A DNA stretch of 64,000 nucleotides from an uncultured Collinsella sp. (GTDB lineage Bacteria; Actinomycetota; Coriobacteriia; Coriobacteriales; Coriobacteriaceae): NCBI GenBank assembly GCA_900551815.1, contig URXE01000001.1, forward strand, positions 3,948-67,947. Reading direction: 5' to 3'. Below the pieces are notes generated by a model. The model was not told where the DNA came from and ran no database searches. It was given only the letters and a program-made list of their open reading frames with translations. The position numbers and the translations under genes are program-made. Shown piece after piece: positions 12,297 through 22,245 of this stretch (position 1 is the stretch's first letter; the number at the start of each line of letters is the position of its first letter).

Positions 12297-12923
12297 ATGA
12301 AGAAACTGTATCTACTCCGCCACGGTCAGACGGAGTTCAACGTCAAAAAGCTGGTCCAGGGCCGCTGCGATTCGCCGCTGACCGACCTTGGCCGCAAACA
12401 AGCGGGAATGGCAGCCGCATGGCTCAAGGCCCACGACGTCGTCCCCGACAAAGTGGTCTCATCACCCTTAGGCCGAGCCATGGACACGGCAAGTCTCGTC
12501 GCATGCGAGCTCCTCGGCCCGGACGCTGCTGTCGAGCCCTGCAAAGGCATCATCGAGCGCTGCTACGGAACCTTCGAGGAAGGCCCTCACGACGTCCTGC
12601 CCACCGACGTCTGGGACCCCGGCGAGGATTTGGTCCCCTTTGGAGGAGAGGGAAGTCATGCCCTACAGGAGCGCATGGTAGGCACCCTCACCAATCTCAT
12701 GGGAGCCGAGGGCATCGAAACCCTCCTAGCAGTAAGCCACGGCAGCGCCAGCCGCCAATTCATCAAGGCTGCAGCCCCAGAGGGCTTCGAGCTCCCAGCA
12801 AAACTCCCCAACTGCGCCATCATGATCTTCAATTTCGATGAGGCAAAGCCACAAGCAGAAGGCGAGCCAATGCAATGCAAGTTCACCCTCCAGCAAATAG
12901 TGGACCCTCAACAAAGTCATTAG
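12297..12923 (+). CDS. Histidine phosphatase family protein
   Basis: LLRHGQT, SSPLGRA, VSHG. Confidence 0.9.
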   Translation: MKKLYLLRHGQTEFNVKKLVQGRCDSPLTDLGRKQAGMAAAWLKAHDVVPDKVVSSPLGRAMDTASLVACELLGPDAAVEPCKGIIERCYGTFEEGPHDVLPTDVWDPGEDLVPFGGEGSHALQERMVGTLTNLMGAEGIETLLAVSHGSASRQFIKAAAPEGFELPAKLPNCAIMIFNFDEAKPQAEGEPMQCKFTLQQIVDPQQSH

Positions 12924-12957
12924 CTGAGCGAGCAGGGTTAAGCAGACATCAACGTGT

Positions 12958-13114
12958 CGTCTCCCGAGCACGGCGGAGGGCCGGAGAAATATATTAAGGT
13001 CATCGCGAGTTCCGCACGCAAAGAAGGCCACTTAATGTGGCCTTCGTCTTGCGCAGGACTGTAGAGCAGGGACCTTAATATATTTCTCCGGCCCTCCGCC
13101 GTGCTCGGGAGACG
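12958..13114. mobile_element. MITE/REP-like element, 44-bp perfect terminal inverted repeats
   Basis: 12958-13001 is the exact reverse complement of 13071-13114; inner hairpin GAAGGCCAC-TTAAT-GTGGCCTTC; mobility is inferred. Confidence 0.6.
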
Positions 13115-13373
13115 TGCCACGCACTTTACCTGCGTAAACAATGTGAGTGAAATATGAATCTCGATGGATACGCCCGCAGCCGTGTATACTAATCAGCTGT
13201 GTGAAACCAGGGGAGTATTCTGGCTGGACAAAATGCCTGCTTAATAGGGTTGTCAGGTAGTCCGGACGCAATACAAGACTGGGGAGCACGTCGTGTAAGT
13301 AGTGGTCCTCTAGGGGCGTACGCTCGGTGGTGTACGCATTGTCCCAAGACCACGCGAGAGTTGGGATCATATC

Positions 13374-13994
13374 TTGATCAGCATGATTCTCGGCCGCAAG
13401 ATTGGCATGACCCAGGTTTGGGACGAGGACGACAACGTCGTTCCCGTCACGGTCATCCAGGCTGGCCCCTGCGCTGTCTCGCAGGTTAAAACTCAGGCAA
13501 CCGACGGCTATGACGCCGTCCAGATCGGTTTCGGCGACATCAAGGCCAAGAACGTGAACAAGCCCATGGCTGGTCACTTCGCCAAGGCCGGCGTCGAGCC
13601 TGTCCGTTTCCTTCGTGAGGTCCGCGTCGAGAACGGCGAGGAGCACAAGGTCGGCGAGGTCGTCACCGTCGCTGATTTCGCTGATGTCGAGAAGGTCGAC
13701 GTCATCGGTACCTCCAAGGGTAAGGGCTTCCAGGGTCGCATCAAGCGCTGGGGTCAGCGCCGCGGTCCTATGACGCATGGTTCTCACTTCCAGCGTCACC
13801 CCGGTTCTATCGGTCAGTGCGCCTATCCTGCGCGCGTCCTCAAGGGCGTCAAGATGGCCGGTCACATGGGTAACGAGCGCGTTACCGTCAAGAACCTTTC
13901 CGTTGTCCGCATCGATGCCGAGCAGAACCTCATCTTGGTCAAGGGCGCTGTCCCGGGTGCCAAGAATGGTCTCGTCGCCATCCGTATGGCCTAA
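13374..13994 (+). CDS. rplC: 50S protein L3
   Basis: [25 protein letters not shown] start assumed. Confidence 0.97.
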   Translation: MISMILGRKIGMTQVWDEDDNVVPVTVIQAGPCAVSQVKTQATDGYDAVQIGFGDIKAKNVNKPMAGHFAKAGVEPVRFLREVRVENGEEHKVGEVVTVADFADVEKVDVIGTSKGKGFQGRIKRWGQRRGPMTHGSHFQRHPGSIGQCAYPARVLKGVKMAGHMGNERVTVKNLSVVRIDAEQNLILVKGAVPGAKNGLVAIRMA

Positions 13995-14040
13995 GGGCCC
14001 AGCCCATTTAGCCCAGCGTCATACCAAGGAGAACACTTAA

Positions 14041-14667
14041 ATGGCAAAGTTTGAAGTAAAGAACAGCGAGGGCAAGAAGGTCGCCGAGGCCGAGCTCGCC
14101 GCTGAGGTGTACGGCATCGAGCCGAACATCCACGTTATGCACCACATCGTCAAGTGCCAGATGGCCTCTTGGCGTCAGGGCACCCAGTCCGCTAAGGGCC
14201 GCTCTGAGGTTTCCGGTGGCGGCAAGAAGCCTTGGCGTCAGAAGGGCACCGGCCGTGCCCGCCAGGGTTCCATCCGTGCTGCCCAGTGGCGTCACGGTGG
14301 CGTTGTCTTCGCCCCCAAGCCCCGTTCCTACGCAAAGCGTATGAACAACAAGGAGGTCAAGCTGGCTATGCGCTCCGCGCTGTCCGCCAAGCTGGCCGAT
14401 GGCGAGCTCGTGCTCGTCGACGACTACGGCTTCGAGAAGCCTTCCACCAAGGCTGCCGTTGCCATGCTCAAGGCTCTTGGCCTTGAGGGCAAGCGCCTGA
14501 CCATCATCGTTCGCGATGAGGACGTCAACGCCTACCTGTCGTTCCGCAACATTCCCAAGACGTTCATCATCACTGCCGACGAGGCCAACACCTACGATCT
14601 CGTCAACAACAACGCTGTGCTGATGCCCGCCGACATCGCCGCTCACTTCGGGGAGGTGCTTGCATAA
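14041..14667 (+). CDS. rplD: 50S protein L4
   Basis: KKPWRQKGTGRARQGS. Confidence 0.97.
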   Translation: MAKFEVKNSEGKKVAEAELAAEVYGIEPNIHVMHHIVKCQMASWRQGTQSAKGRSEVSGGGKKPWRQKGTGRARQGSIRAAQWRHGGVVFAPKPRSYAKRMNNKEVKLAMRSALSAKLADGELVLVDDYGFEKPSTKAAVAMLKALGLEGKRLTIIVRDEDVNAYLSFRNIPKTFIITADEANTYDLVNNNAVLMPADIAAHFGEVLA

Positions 14668-14955
14668 ATGACCGCCCACGAGATCATCATCCGTCCGATC
14701 GTGTCCGAGCGTTCCTTCTCCGGCATGGAGCAGAACAAGTACACGTTCGAGGTCGCCAAGGATGCTAACAAGTATCAGATCAAGGACGCTGTCGAGGAGA
14801 TCTTCGGCGTCAAGGTCGTTCGCGTGAACACCCTGACGGTCAAGCCCAAGACCAAGCGTGTGCGCTATGTCGCCGGCAAGACCCGTTCTTGGAAGAAGGC
14901 CATCGTCACGCTGGCCGAGGGCGACACCATCGAGGTCTTTGGCAACCAGGCCTAA
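14668..14955 (+). CDS. rplW: 50S protein L23
   Basis: IIRPIVSE, WKKAIVTL. Confidence 0.96.
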   Translation: MTAHEIIIRPIVSERSFSGMEQNKYTFEVAKDANKYQIKDAVEEIFGVKVVRVNTLTVKPKTKRVRYVAGKTRSWKKAIVTLAEGDTIEVFGNQA

Positions 14956-15134
14956 GACTCGCTGCTGTTGAGTGAGCTCATGCCTCCCAAATAGGGGAGG
15001 CGAGAGCTCAAGGTTTTGGGCGTATAAAATGGACACGCCCGGAGCCGTGTATACGTCCGGTGTCATCGCACCCGAGGCAGAACCTCGAATCCCTGTCTGC
15101 GATGGCTAACGGATTCCTATTGAAAGGGATTGTA

Positions 15135-15965
15135 ATGGCTGTAAAGCACCTTAAGCCGACCTCCGCTGGTAGGCGTTGGCAGACGATCTCCGACTTCTCC
15201 GAGATCACCTGCACCAAGCCCGAGAAGTCTCTTCTCGAGCCCCTGCCCAAGAAGGCCGGTCGTAACAACAACGGCCGCATCACCACCCGCCACCAGGGCG
15301 GCGGCGTGAAGCGTCGTTACCGCGTGATCGACTTCAAGCGCAACAAGGACGGCGTGCCCGCCAAGGTTGCCACGATCGAGTACGATCCGAACCGTTCCGC
15401 TCGCATCGCTCTGCTGCACTACGCTGACGGTGAGAAGCGCTACATCCTGGCCCCCAAGGGCCTCGAGGTCGGTCAGACCATCATGTCCGGTTCTGACGCC
15501 GACATCAAGCCGGGCAACGCTCTGCCCCTCGCCGACATCCCCGTCGGTACGCTCATCCACGCCGTCGAGTTCCAGCCGGGCAAGGGCGCCGCTATCGCCC
15601 GTTCCGCCGGTAACTCCTGCCAGCTGATGGGTAAGGAGGGCAAGTACGCTATCGTCCGTATGCCTTCCTCCGAGATGCGCCGCATCCTCGTTACCTGCCG
15701 CGCCACCGTCGGTGAGGTCGGCAACGCCGATCACGCCAACATCGTCATCGGCAAGGCCGGCCGTAAGCGTCACATGAACGTGCGCCCGACCGTCCGCGGT
15801 ACCGTCATGAACCCTGTCGACCACCCGCACGGCGGTGGCGAGGGCAAGAACCACACCTCTGGTCGTCCCTCCGTTACCCCCTGGGGTAAGCCGACGAAGG
15901 GCCTTCGTACGCGCAAGAAGAAGAAGGTCTCGAACCAGCACATCATTCGTCGCCGTAAGAAGTAA
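15135..15965 (+). CDS. rplB: 50S protein L2
   Basis: [25 protein letters not shown]. Confidence 0.97.
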   Translation: MAVKHLKPTSAGRRWQTISDFSEITCTKPEKSLLEPLPKKAGRNNNGRITTRHQGGGVKRRYRVIDFKRNKDGVPAKVATIEYDPNRSARIALLHYADGEKRYILAPKGLEVGQTIMSGSDADIKPGNALPLADIPVGTLIHAVEFQPGKGAAIARSAGNSCQLMGKEGKYAIVRMPSSEMRRILVTCRATVGEVGNADHANIVIGKAGRKRHMNVRPTVRGTVMNPVDHPHGGGEGKNHTSGRPSVTPWGKPTKGLRTRKKKKVSNQHIIRRRKK

Positions 15966-15997
15966 TTTCGGATACCGAGTTTTAGGAGAAAGCACTT

Positions 15998-16258
15998 ATG
16001 AGCAGAAGTCTCAAAAAGGGCCCGTTCGTGGAGACTCGCCTTCTCTCGCGTATCACCGCGATGAACGAGGCTGGCAAGAAGGACGTCGTGAAGACCTGGT
16101 CCCGCGCGTCCACCATCTTCCCCGAGATGGTTGGTCACACCATCGCCGTCCACGACGGCCGCAAGCATGTGCCCGTGTATGTTACCGAGTCCATGGTTGG
16201 TCACAAGCTCGGCGAGTTCGCGCCGACTCGTACGTTCCGTGGCCACAAGGCCAAATAG
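15998..16258 (+). CDS. rpsS: 30S protein S19
   Basis: [21 protein letters not shown]. Confidence 0.97.
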   Translation: MSRSLKKGPFVETRLLSRITAMNEAGKKDVVKTWSRASTIFPEMVGHTIAVHDGRKHVPVYVTESMVGHKLGEFAPTRTFRGHKAK

Positions 16259-16272
16259 GGGGTTAACCGTAA

Positions 16273-16644
16273 ATGGCAACTAAGTCTATTGAAACTGAGG
16301 CCACCGAGGTTCGCGCCGTCGCTAAGTACGTGCGTGTTTCCCCCAGCAAGGCCCGCCTGGTGGTCGATCTGATCCGCCGCAAGCCTGTCGCTCAGGCCTT
16401 CGACATCCTCCACTTCTGCGACCGCGCCGTCGCCGTGGATGTCGAGAAGGTTCTCCGTTCCGCCGTTGCGAACGCCGAGAACAACAACGGTCTGCGTGCC
16501 GACAACCTGGTTGTCGCCGCTGCCTATGTTGACGAGGGTCCGACGCTTAAGCGCATCCGTCCCCGCGCCAAGGGTTCCGCTTCTCGCATTCTGAAGCGTA
16601 CTTCCCACATCACCGTCGTCGTTGCTCCTCGAAAGGAGGCGTAA
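16273..16644 (+). CDS. rplV: 50S protein L22
   Basis: [15 protein letters not shown]. Confidence 0.97.
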   Translation: MATKSIETEATEVRAVAKYVRVSPSKARLVVDLIRRKPVAQAFDILHFCDRAVAVDVEKVLRSAVANAENNNGLRADNLVVAAAYVDEGPTLKRIRPRAKGSASRILKRTSHITVVVAPRKEA

Positions 16645-16650
16645 AGCTGT

Positions 16651-17361
16651 ATGGGTCAGAAAGTCTACCCCACCGGCTTCCGTCTTGGCATTACCGAGAA
16701 CTGGCGCTCCCGCTGGTTCGCAGAGAAGGATTACGCTAAGACCCTCGGTAACGATCTCGAGATCCGCAAGTACCTCGAGAAGCGTCTTTCCCGCGCAGCT
16801 GTCTCCCGCGTCGAGATCGAGCGCGCTGGCGACAAGGTGAAGGTCATCATCCTCACCGCTCGCCCCGGCGTTGTCATCGGTAAGAAGGGTGCCGAGATCG
16901 ATACCCTCCGCACCGAGCTCGAGAAGGTCGCTGGCGTCTCCAAGGGCCAGCTCTCCGTCGACGTTGTCGAGATCAAGCGCCCCGAGCTCGACGCCAACCT
17001 CGTTGCTCAGTCTATCGCCGAGCAGCTCGAGGGCCGCGTTGCCTTCCGTCGCGCTATGCGCAAGGCTGTCCAGTCCGCCCGCAAGGCCGGCGCTAAGGGC
17101 ATCCGTATCCAGTGCTCCGGTCGTCTCGGCGGCGCCGAGATGGGCCGTCGTGAGTGGTACCGCGAGGGTCGCGTGCCTCTGCACACCCTCCGTGCCAAGA
17201 TCGACTACGGCACGGCTGTCGCCAGCACCACCATGGGCGCTTGCGGCGTGAAGGTCTGGATCTACCTGGGCGAGAAGCTCCCGGGCCAGCCTGTTCCCAA
17301 CCCTGCACTCGAGGGCTCTTCCCGTCCTCGTCGTCGTAACTCCGAGAGGAGGGGTCAGTAG
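16651..17361 (+). CDS. rpsC: 30S protein S3
   Basis: [22 protein letters not shown]. Confidence 0.97.
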   Translation: MGQKVYPTGFRLGITENWRSRWFAEKDYAKTLGNDLEIRKYLEKRLSRAAVSRVEIERAGDKVKVIILTARPGVVIGKKGAEIDTLRTELEKVAGVSKGQLSVDVVEIKRPELDANLVAQSIAEQLEGRVAFRRAMRKAVQSARKAGAKGIRIQCSGRLGGAEMGRREWYREGRVPLHTLRAKIDYGTAVASTTMGACGVKVWIYLGEKLPGQPVPNPALEGSSRPRRRNSERRGQ

Positions 17362-17864
17362 TGCTTGCCCCTAAGCGTATTCTTCACCGCAAGGTGCAGC
17401 GTGGCTCCATGAAGGGCCAGGCCAAGGGTAATACCGAGCTGCATTTCGGCGAGTTTGGTATCCAGGCTCTCGAGGCCCATTGGATCACCAACCGTCAGAT
17501 CGAGGCCGCTCGTATTGCCATGACCCGCTACATGAAGCGTGGCGGTCGTGTCTACATCACGATCTTCCCCGATAAGCCCATCACCAAGAAGCCTGCCGAG
17601 ACTCGCATGGGCTCTGGTAAGGGTAACCCCGAGGAGTGGGTGGCCGTCGTCAAGCCCGGCCGCATCATGTTCGAGGTCAAGGGCGTGCCCGAGGAGGTCG
17701 CTCGCGAGGCTCTGCGTCTTGCACAGCACAAGCTTCCCATCAAGACCAAGATTGTTGCTGCCAAGAACGCTGAGCAGCGCATCGAGAAGGAGATGGCTGA
17801 GGAGGCCGCTCTCGAGGCCAAGTGGGCTGCTGAGGACGCCGCCGCCGCCAAGGAGGAGAACTAA
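17361..17864 (+). CDS. rplP: 50S protein L16 with acidic C-terminal extension
   Basis: [16 protein letters not shown]. Confidence 0.96.
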   Translation: MLAPKRILHRKVQRGSMKGQAKGNTELHFGEFGIQALEAHWITNRQIEAARIAMTRYMKRGGRVYITIFPDKPITKKPAETRMGSGKGNPEEWVAVVKPGRIMFEVKGVPEEVAREALRLAQHKLPIKTKIVAAKNAEQRIEKEMAEEAALEAKWAAEDAAAAKEEN

Positions 17865-18079
17865 TGAAGCCCGCAGAGATTCGTGAGCTCTCGGACGCTC
17901 AGCTCGTTGAGAAGCTGAAGGAAATGCGCGCCGAGCTCTTTAACCTTCGTTTCCAGATGGCCACCAGCCAGCTGGACAACACCGCTCGCGTCAACACCGT
18001 GAAGAAGGACATCGCTCGCGTCCTCACGGAGCAGCGCGCCCGCGAGATCGCAGCGGAGAAGTCCGCTGTCGCCGAGTAG
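17864..18079 (+). CDS. rpmC: 50S protein L29
   Basis: ELFNLRFQ, KKDIARVLT. Confidence 0.96.
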   Translation: MKPAEIRELSDAQLVEKLKEMRAELFNLRFQMATSQLDNTARVNTVKKDIARVLTEQRAREIAAEKSAVAE

Positions 18080-18095
18080 GACCTAAGGAGAGAAC

Positions 18096-18356
18096 ATGAC
18101 TGATTCGCGTAACTCGCGTAAGGTCCGTACGGGTGTCGTTACCTCCGTCTCCGGTGCCAAGACCATTGTTGTCACCATCACCGAGCGCAAGCGTCACCCC
18201 AAGTACGGCAAGATGATGACCAGCTCCAAGAAGCTGCACGCTCACGACGAGGAGTGCACGGCTGGCGTGGGCGATACCGTCCGCGTTATGGAGACCCGTC
18301 CTATGTCCAAGATGAAGCGTTGGCGCCTCATCGAGGTCGTCGAGCGCGCTAAATAA
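18096..18356 (+). CDS. rpsQ: 30S protein S17
   Basis: HPKYGK, ETRPMSKMKRW. Confidence 0.96.
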   Translation: MTDSRNSRKVRTGVVTSVSGAKTIVVTITERKRHPKYGKMMTSSKKLHAHDEECTAGVGDTVRVMETRPMSKMKRWRLIEVVERAK

Positions 18357-18474
18357 GCAGTCGCTCTTACGACTTGTACGTTTCCGAAGATGTGCGTATG
18401 CCTGGTTTGCATACCACAGGCCGTCTAAAGGCTGCGCACCTCTCTTCGGTTCTTAGTTCGGAGGAACATCTACC

Positions 18475-18843
18475 ATGATTCAGATGCAAACCATGCTGAA
18501 CGTCGCCGACAACTCCGGCGCTCGCAAGATTCGCTGCATCAAGGTGCTTGGCGGTTCCAAGCGTCGTTATGCAGGCATCGGCGATGTGTTCATCGGTGCT
18601 GTCCAGGAGGCTACCCCTGGCGCCAACGTCAAGAAGAAGGACGTTGTCCGTTGCGTCGTCGTTCGCACCGTTAAGGAGATCCGCCGCAAGGATGGCTCCT
18701 ACATTCGCTTTGATGAGAACGCCTGCGTTGTCATCAACAACGATGGTTCGCCCGTCGGCACCCGTATCTTCGGGCCCGTCGCTCGCGAGCTTCGTGACAA
18801 GAAGTACATGAAGATCGTCTCGCTCGCTCCCGAGACCCTGTAG
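18475..18843 (+). CDS. rplN: 50S protein L14
   Basis: [19 protein letters not shown]. Confidence 0.97.
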   Translation: MIQMQTMLNVADNSGARKIRCIKVLGGSKRRYAGIGDVFIGAVQEATPGANVKKKDVVRCVVVRTVKEIRRKDGSYIRFDENACVVINNDGSPVGTRIFGPVARELRDKKYMKIVSLAPETL

Positions 18844-18856
18844 TTAGGGGAGATAT

Positions 18857-19162
18857 ATGTATATCAAGAAGGGCGATAAGGTCCAGGTTCTCTCTGGTAA
18901 GGATCGCGGCAAGCAGGGCGTTGTCCTGCGTGCTCTCCCCGCCGAGAACAAGGTCGTTGTCGAGGGCGTTTCGGTCGTCAAGAAGGCCGTCAAGCCCAAC
19001 GCTGCCAACCAGCAGGGCGGCATCGTTTCGCAGGAGGCTCCCATCGACGCCTCCAACGTCAATCTCGTTTGCCCCGAGTGCGGTAAGGTCACCCGCGTCG
19101 GTCACGAGAAGGACGGCAAGAACAAGCTGCGCGTCTGCAAGAAGTGCGGCCACAAGTTCTAA
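18857..19162 (+). CDS. rplX: 50S protein L24
   Basis: [25 protein letters not shown]. Confidence 0.97.
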   Translation: MYIKKGDKVQVLSGKDRGKQGVVLRALPAENKVVVEGVSVVKKAVKPNAANQQGGIVSQEAPIDASNVNLVCPECGKVTRVGHEKDGKNKLRVCKKCGHKF

Positions 19163-19188
19163 GCTGCCCGCAACATCAAGTTGCTAGC

Positions 19189-19224
19189 AAAGGCCCGGAT
19201 GCCCCACGGCATCCGGGCCTTTTT
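19189..19224 (+). terminator. Intrinsic terminator after rplX
   Basis: AAAGGCCCGGATGCC-CCAC-GGCATCCGGGCCTTTTT. Confidence 0.88.
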
Positions 19225-19231
19225 CTATCCC

Positions 19232-19354
19232 CACTCATTGGGGACAGACTTAAATGAGTGGCCGTTGATTGGCAGTCATTGGGGACAGACTTAAATGACT
19301 AGTCGTTTGGGACGTTCTTAAACGACTAGTTGATAGGGACGGTCTTTAGATCTG
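19232..19354. repeat. Tandem ~27-bp hairpins with GGGAC loop
   Basis: Units at 19232-19260, 19274-19300, 19301-19327 and a degenerate one at 19328-19354. Confidence 0.75.
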
Positions 19355-19684
19355 TATATCTGGCCATCTAGGATAGGCTTCAACGAAAGCGGCACCTAGG
19401 GACAGTCCTTCGATGTCTGGTGCCCCCAGAGGGGTGAAGTAATACAGCTGGCTCTGTCTTTAGGGCTTTGGTGCTCCGCCCCTATATGTTTCACAAGGAT
19501 TGTCGCATGCGCATTTACGCGCAGAGTCTTGCGCGATAATGCGCATAACCGCGCAAACATCTGCTAACTATGGTTAAATAATGACAGATAAACAAATAAA
19601 CACGCAAATACAAGCAAATAAGCGCGCAATTGTGCGAATATAGGGCTGTTAGAAATGAAGAACCTTCGATGACTCAGGAGGCAC

Positions 19685-20767
19685 ATGATGGTAGATTCCA
19701 AACAGGCTCCGCTCGATGCCGAGGCAGCCGCAAAGGCGGCGTTTGCCTCGGTCCAGGATCAGCCGTTCCCCGATGATATCTTTACGGCCCCCGAGCTCCG
19801 CTGGGCCGTGATCGGGTGCGGCGTTATCGCCAACCAAATGGCCCAGTCCCTCGCTCTGGCCGGTCGCAAGCTCGCGGGTGTCGCCAACCGTACGCCGTCC
19901 AAGGCCCAGGCTTTTGCCGAGCAGTATGGTGTCGAGAAGGTGTACGAGACGGTTGAGGACCTCTACGCCGATCCGGACATCGACGCCGTCTATATCACCA
20001 CGCCGCACAACACGCATATCACCTATCTGCGTGCCGCGCTGGCCGCCGGCAAGCATGTGCTCTGCGAGAAAGCCATTACCCTCAACTCCGCCGAGCTCGA
20101 CGAGGCCCGTGCCATCGCCGACGAGCATAACGTGGTCCTTATGGACGCCACCACGGTGCTTCACATGCCGCTGTATCAGGAGCTGCGCCGTCGCATGGAT
20201 GCTGGCGAGTTCGGCCGCATGAATCTCGCTCAGCTCAACTTTGGCAGCTACAAGGAGTACGGCGATCTGACCAATCGCTTCTACAATCGCAACCTTGCCG
20301 GCGGCGCCATGCTCGACATTGGCGTGTATGCGCTCTCCGTCATGCGCCTGTTTATGGCGAGCCAGCCCGCTGAGGTTGTCTCGCTGGGCAACACCTGTGA
20401 GACCGGTGTCGACGTTGCGGGCGGCATTGTCTGCCGTAACGCCGAGCAGCAGCTGGGCGTCGTGAGCCTTACGCTCCACTCCAAACAGCCCAAGCGCTCG
20501 GTCATCAGTTTCGATAAGTGCTATATCGAGGTCAACGAGTATCCGCGCGCCGACCATGCGACCATCGTGTGGACTGCGGACGGTCACCGTGAGGAGGTCC
20601 ACACTGGCACCGAGGCATACGCTCTGTGCTACGAGATGGCCGACCTGGAGAAGGCCGTTGCCGGCGATGATTCGAAGCGCGAGCTTCTGGGCTATGCTTC
20701 CGATGTTATGGAGCTGATGACCAAGCTCCGAGCCGATTGGGGAGTCGTGTACCCCGAGGAGGAGTAA
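19685..20767 (+). CDS. Gfo/Idh/MocA family oxidoreductase
   Basis: IGCGVIA, GKHVLCEKA, GGAMLDIGVY. Confidence 0.9.
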   Translation: MMVDSKQAPLDAEAAAKAAFASVQDQPFPDDIFTAPELRWAVIGCGVIANQMAQSLALAGRKLAGVANRTPSKAQAFAEQYGVEKVYETVEDLYADPDIDAVYITTPHNTHITYLRAALAAGKHVLCEKAITLNSAELDEARAIADEHNVVLMDATTVLHMPLYQELRRRMDAGEFGRMNLAQLNFGSYKEYGDLTNRFYNRNLAGGAMLDIGVYALSVMRLFMASQPAEVVSLGNTCETGVDVAGGIVCRNAEQQLGVVSLTLHSKQPKRSVISFDKCYIEVNEYPRADHATIVWTADGHREEVHTGTEAYALCYEMADLEKAVAGDDSKRELLGYASDVMELMTKLRADWGVVYPEEE

Positions 20768-20770
20768 GCG

Positions 20771-21517
20771 ATGCTTGCGGAAGATAGGCTCAACGCGATC
20801 GTGTCGATGGTGCAGCAGGCCGGCTCGGTTACCGTGCCGGAGCTTGCCGAAGCCCTGGGCGTGACACCGTCCACCATTCGCCGTGACTTGCAAACGCTCG
20901 ACCGCGCGCACCGTATCGCCAAGGTGCACGGAGGCGCGACGAGTCTGGAGCGCGCGCACGTGACGCGCGACCTGACGATCGGCGAGCGCAGCGATCTCCA
21001 TAACGACGACAAGGAGCGTATCTGCGCCCGTGCGGCGGCGCTTGTGGAGCCCGATAGCTTTGTGTATATCGATTCGGGCTCCACGACCCTCAAGCTCATC
21101 GAGCATCTTCCGCGCCTTGAGGGCGTCACCTATGTGACTGATTCCGTGCTTCACGCTCAGCACCTCGCTTTGCGCGGCATGCGCACCGTGGTGCTGGGCG
21201 GCGAGCTCAAGCCCGAGACCGAGGCGCTCGTCGGTCCCGATGCCTTGGCAACTCTGGACCGCTATAACTTCAACTGCGGCTTTTGGGGTTCCAATGGCAT
21301 CGCCGCCGAGCAAGGTCTCACCACTCCGGATATCGAGGAAGCGCAGGTCAAGCGTATCTCGATGCGCCACACGGCCAAACGCTTCGTAATCTCGGACGCC
21401 AGTAAATTTGGCATGGTGGCGCCCGTCAAGTTCGCGGACTTCCGCGATGCAACGATCATCACTGCGGGCGAGGTGCCCGCCAAGTACCAGTCGATGGACA
21501 ACGTCATCACGGTCTAG
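20771..21517 (+). CDS. DeoR/GlpR family regulator
   Basis: STIRRDL, VHGGA, IDSGSTT. Confidence 0.93.
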   Translation: MLAEDRLNAIVSMVQQAGSVTVPELAEALGVTPSTIRRDLQTLDRAHRIAKVHGGATSLERAHVTRDLTIGERSDLHNDDKERICARAAALVEPDSFVYIDSGSTTLKLIEHLPRLEGVTYVTDSVLHAQHLALRGMRTVVLGGELKPETEALVGPDALATLDRYNFNCGFWGSNGIAAEQGLTTPDIEEAQVKRISMRHTAKRFVISDASKFGMVAPVKFADFRDATIITAGEVPAKYQSMDNVITV

Positions 21518-21570
21518 CGATGGGACAAGGCCAAAACCACCACAAAGGTGCCTGTCCCCATTGTGGTGGT

Positions 21571-22230
21571 TTAGGGCTCCCAGGGGCAGGGGGCTTCGAT
21601 GTGGATGGGCTCGCCGGTTACGGGATGCGTAAAGGACACGCTGTGGGCATGGAGCATCAGGCCGCAGGGACGCGGCGTGCCGTAGAGCTCGTCGCCCACC
21701 AGGGGATGACGCTCGCTCGCCAGGTGCACGCGGATCTGGTGTTTGCGGCCGGTGAGCAGCTCGACATCGATATACGAACGCGTGGGCAGGCCTCGGCGGC
21801 TCTTAAGGCGCTTGAGCACCTTCACGCGCGTTTGAGACGGCTTGCCGCTGGCGCCGACGCGCATCTTTCGGCTGTCGTGACGGTCGCGGGCGATGGGCTT
21901 GTCGATGAGCTTTTCGTTCCAGTCGATCTTGCCCTCGGCGAGCGCCAGGTAGTGCTTCTCGAAAGCGTGGTCGATCACCATCTGGTCAAAGGCGGGCTGC
22001 GTCTGCTTGTCGAGCGAGAACAGCACCACGCCGGTGGTGTCGCGGTCCAGGCGGTTGAGCGGCTGCATGTCGGTCGCGGCAAAGCCGTCGCCCATCGCCA
22101 GCAGCAGGTCGCTGGCGTAGTCGGTGAGCGTGCGCTCGCCGGTGCCGTCGCCGTGGACGATCATGCCGGCGGGCTTGTCGATGGCCATGAGCCAGGCGTC
22201 GCAGTAGAGGACTTGAGGTTCTTCGTTCAC
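21571..22230 (-). CDS. RluA family pseudouridine synthase
   Basis: DKPAG, NRLDRDTTG, TGRKHQIRVH. Confidence 0.92.
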   Translation of the reverse strand: MNEEPQVLYCDAWLMAIDKPAGMIVHGDGTGERTLTDYASDLLLAMGDGFAATDMQPLNRLDRDTTGVVLFSLDKQTQPAFDQMVIDHAFEKHYLALAEGKIDWNEKLIDKPIARDRHDSRKMRVGASGKPSQTRVKVLKRLKSRRGLPTRSYIDVELLTGRKHQIRVHLASERHPLVGDELYGTPRPCGLMLHAHSVSFTHPVTGEPIHIEAPCPWEP

Positions 22231-22245
22231 GTGTAAGCCTTTCGG

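Noticed and set aside
11103..12923. Local strand skews (T-ending codons at the CDF 5' end, A-ending codons at the phosphatase 3' end) as a mutational footprint of nearby palindromes
   Set aside because: Seen by eye only, and the direction is not consistent at other palindromes such as hydA/51400; needs computation
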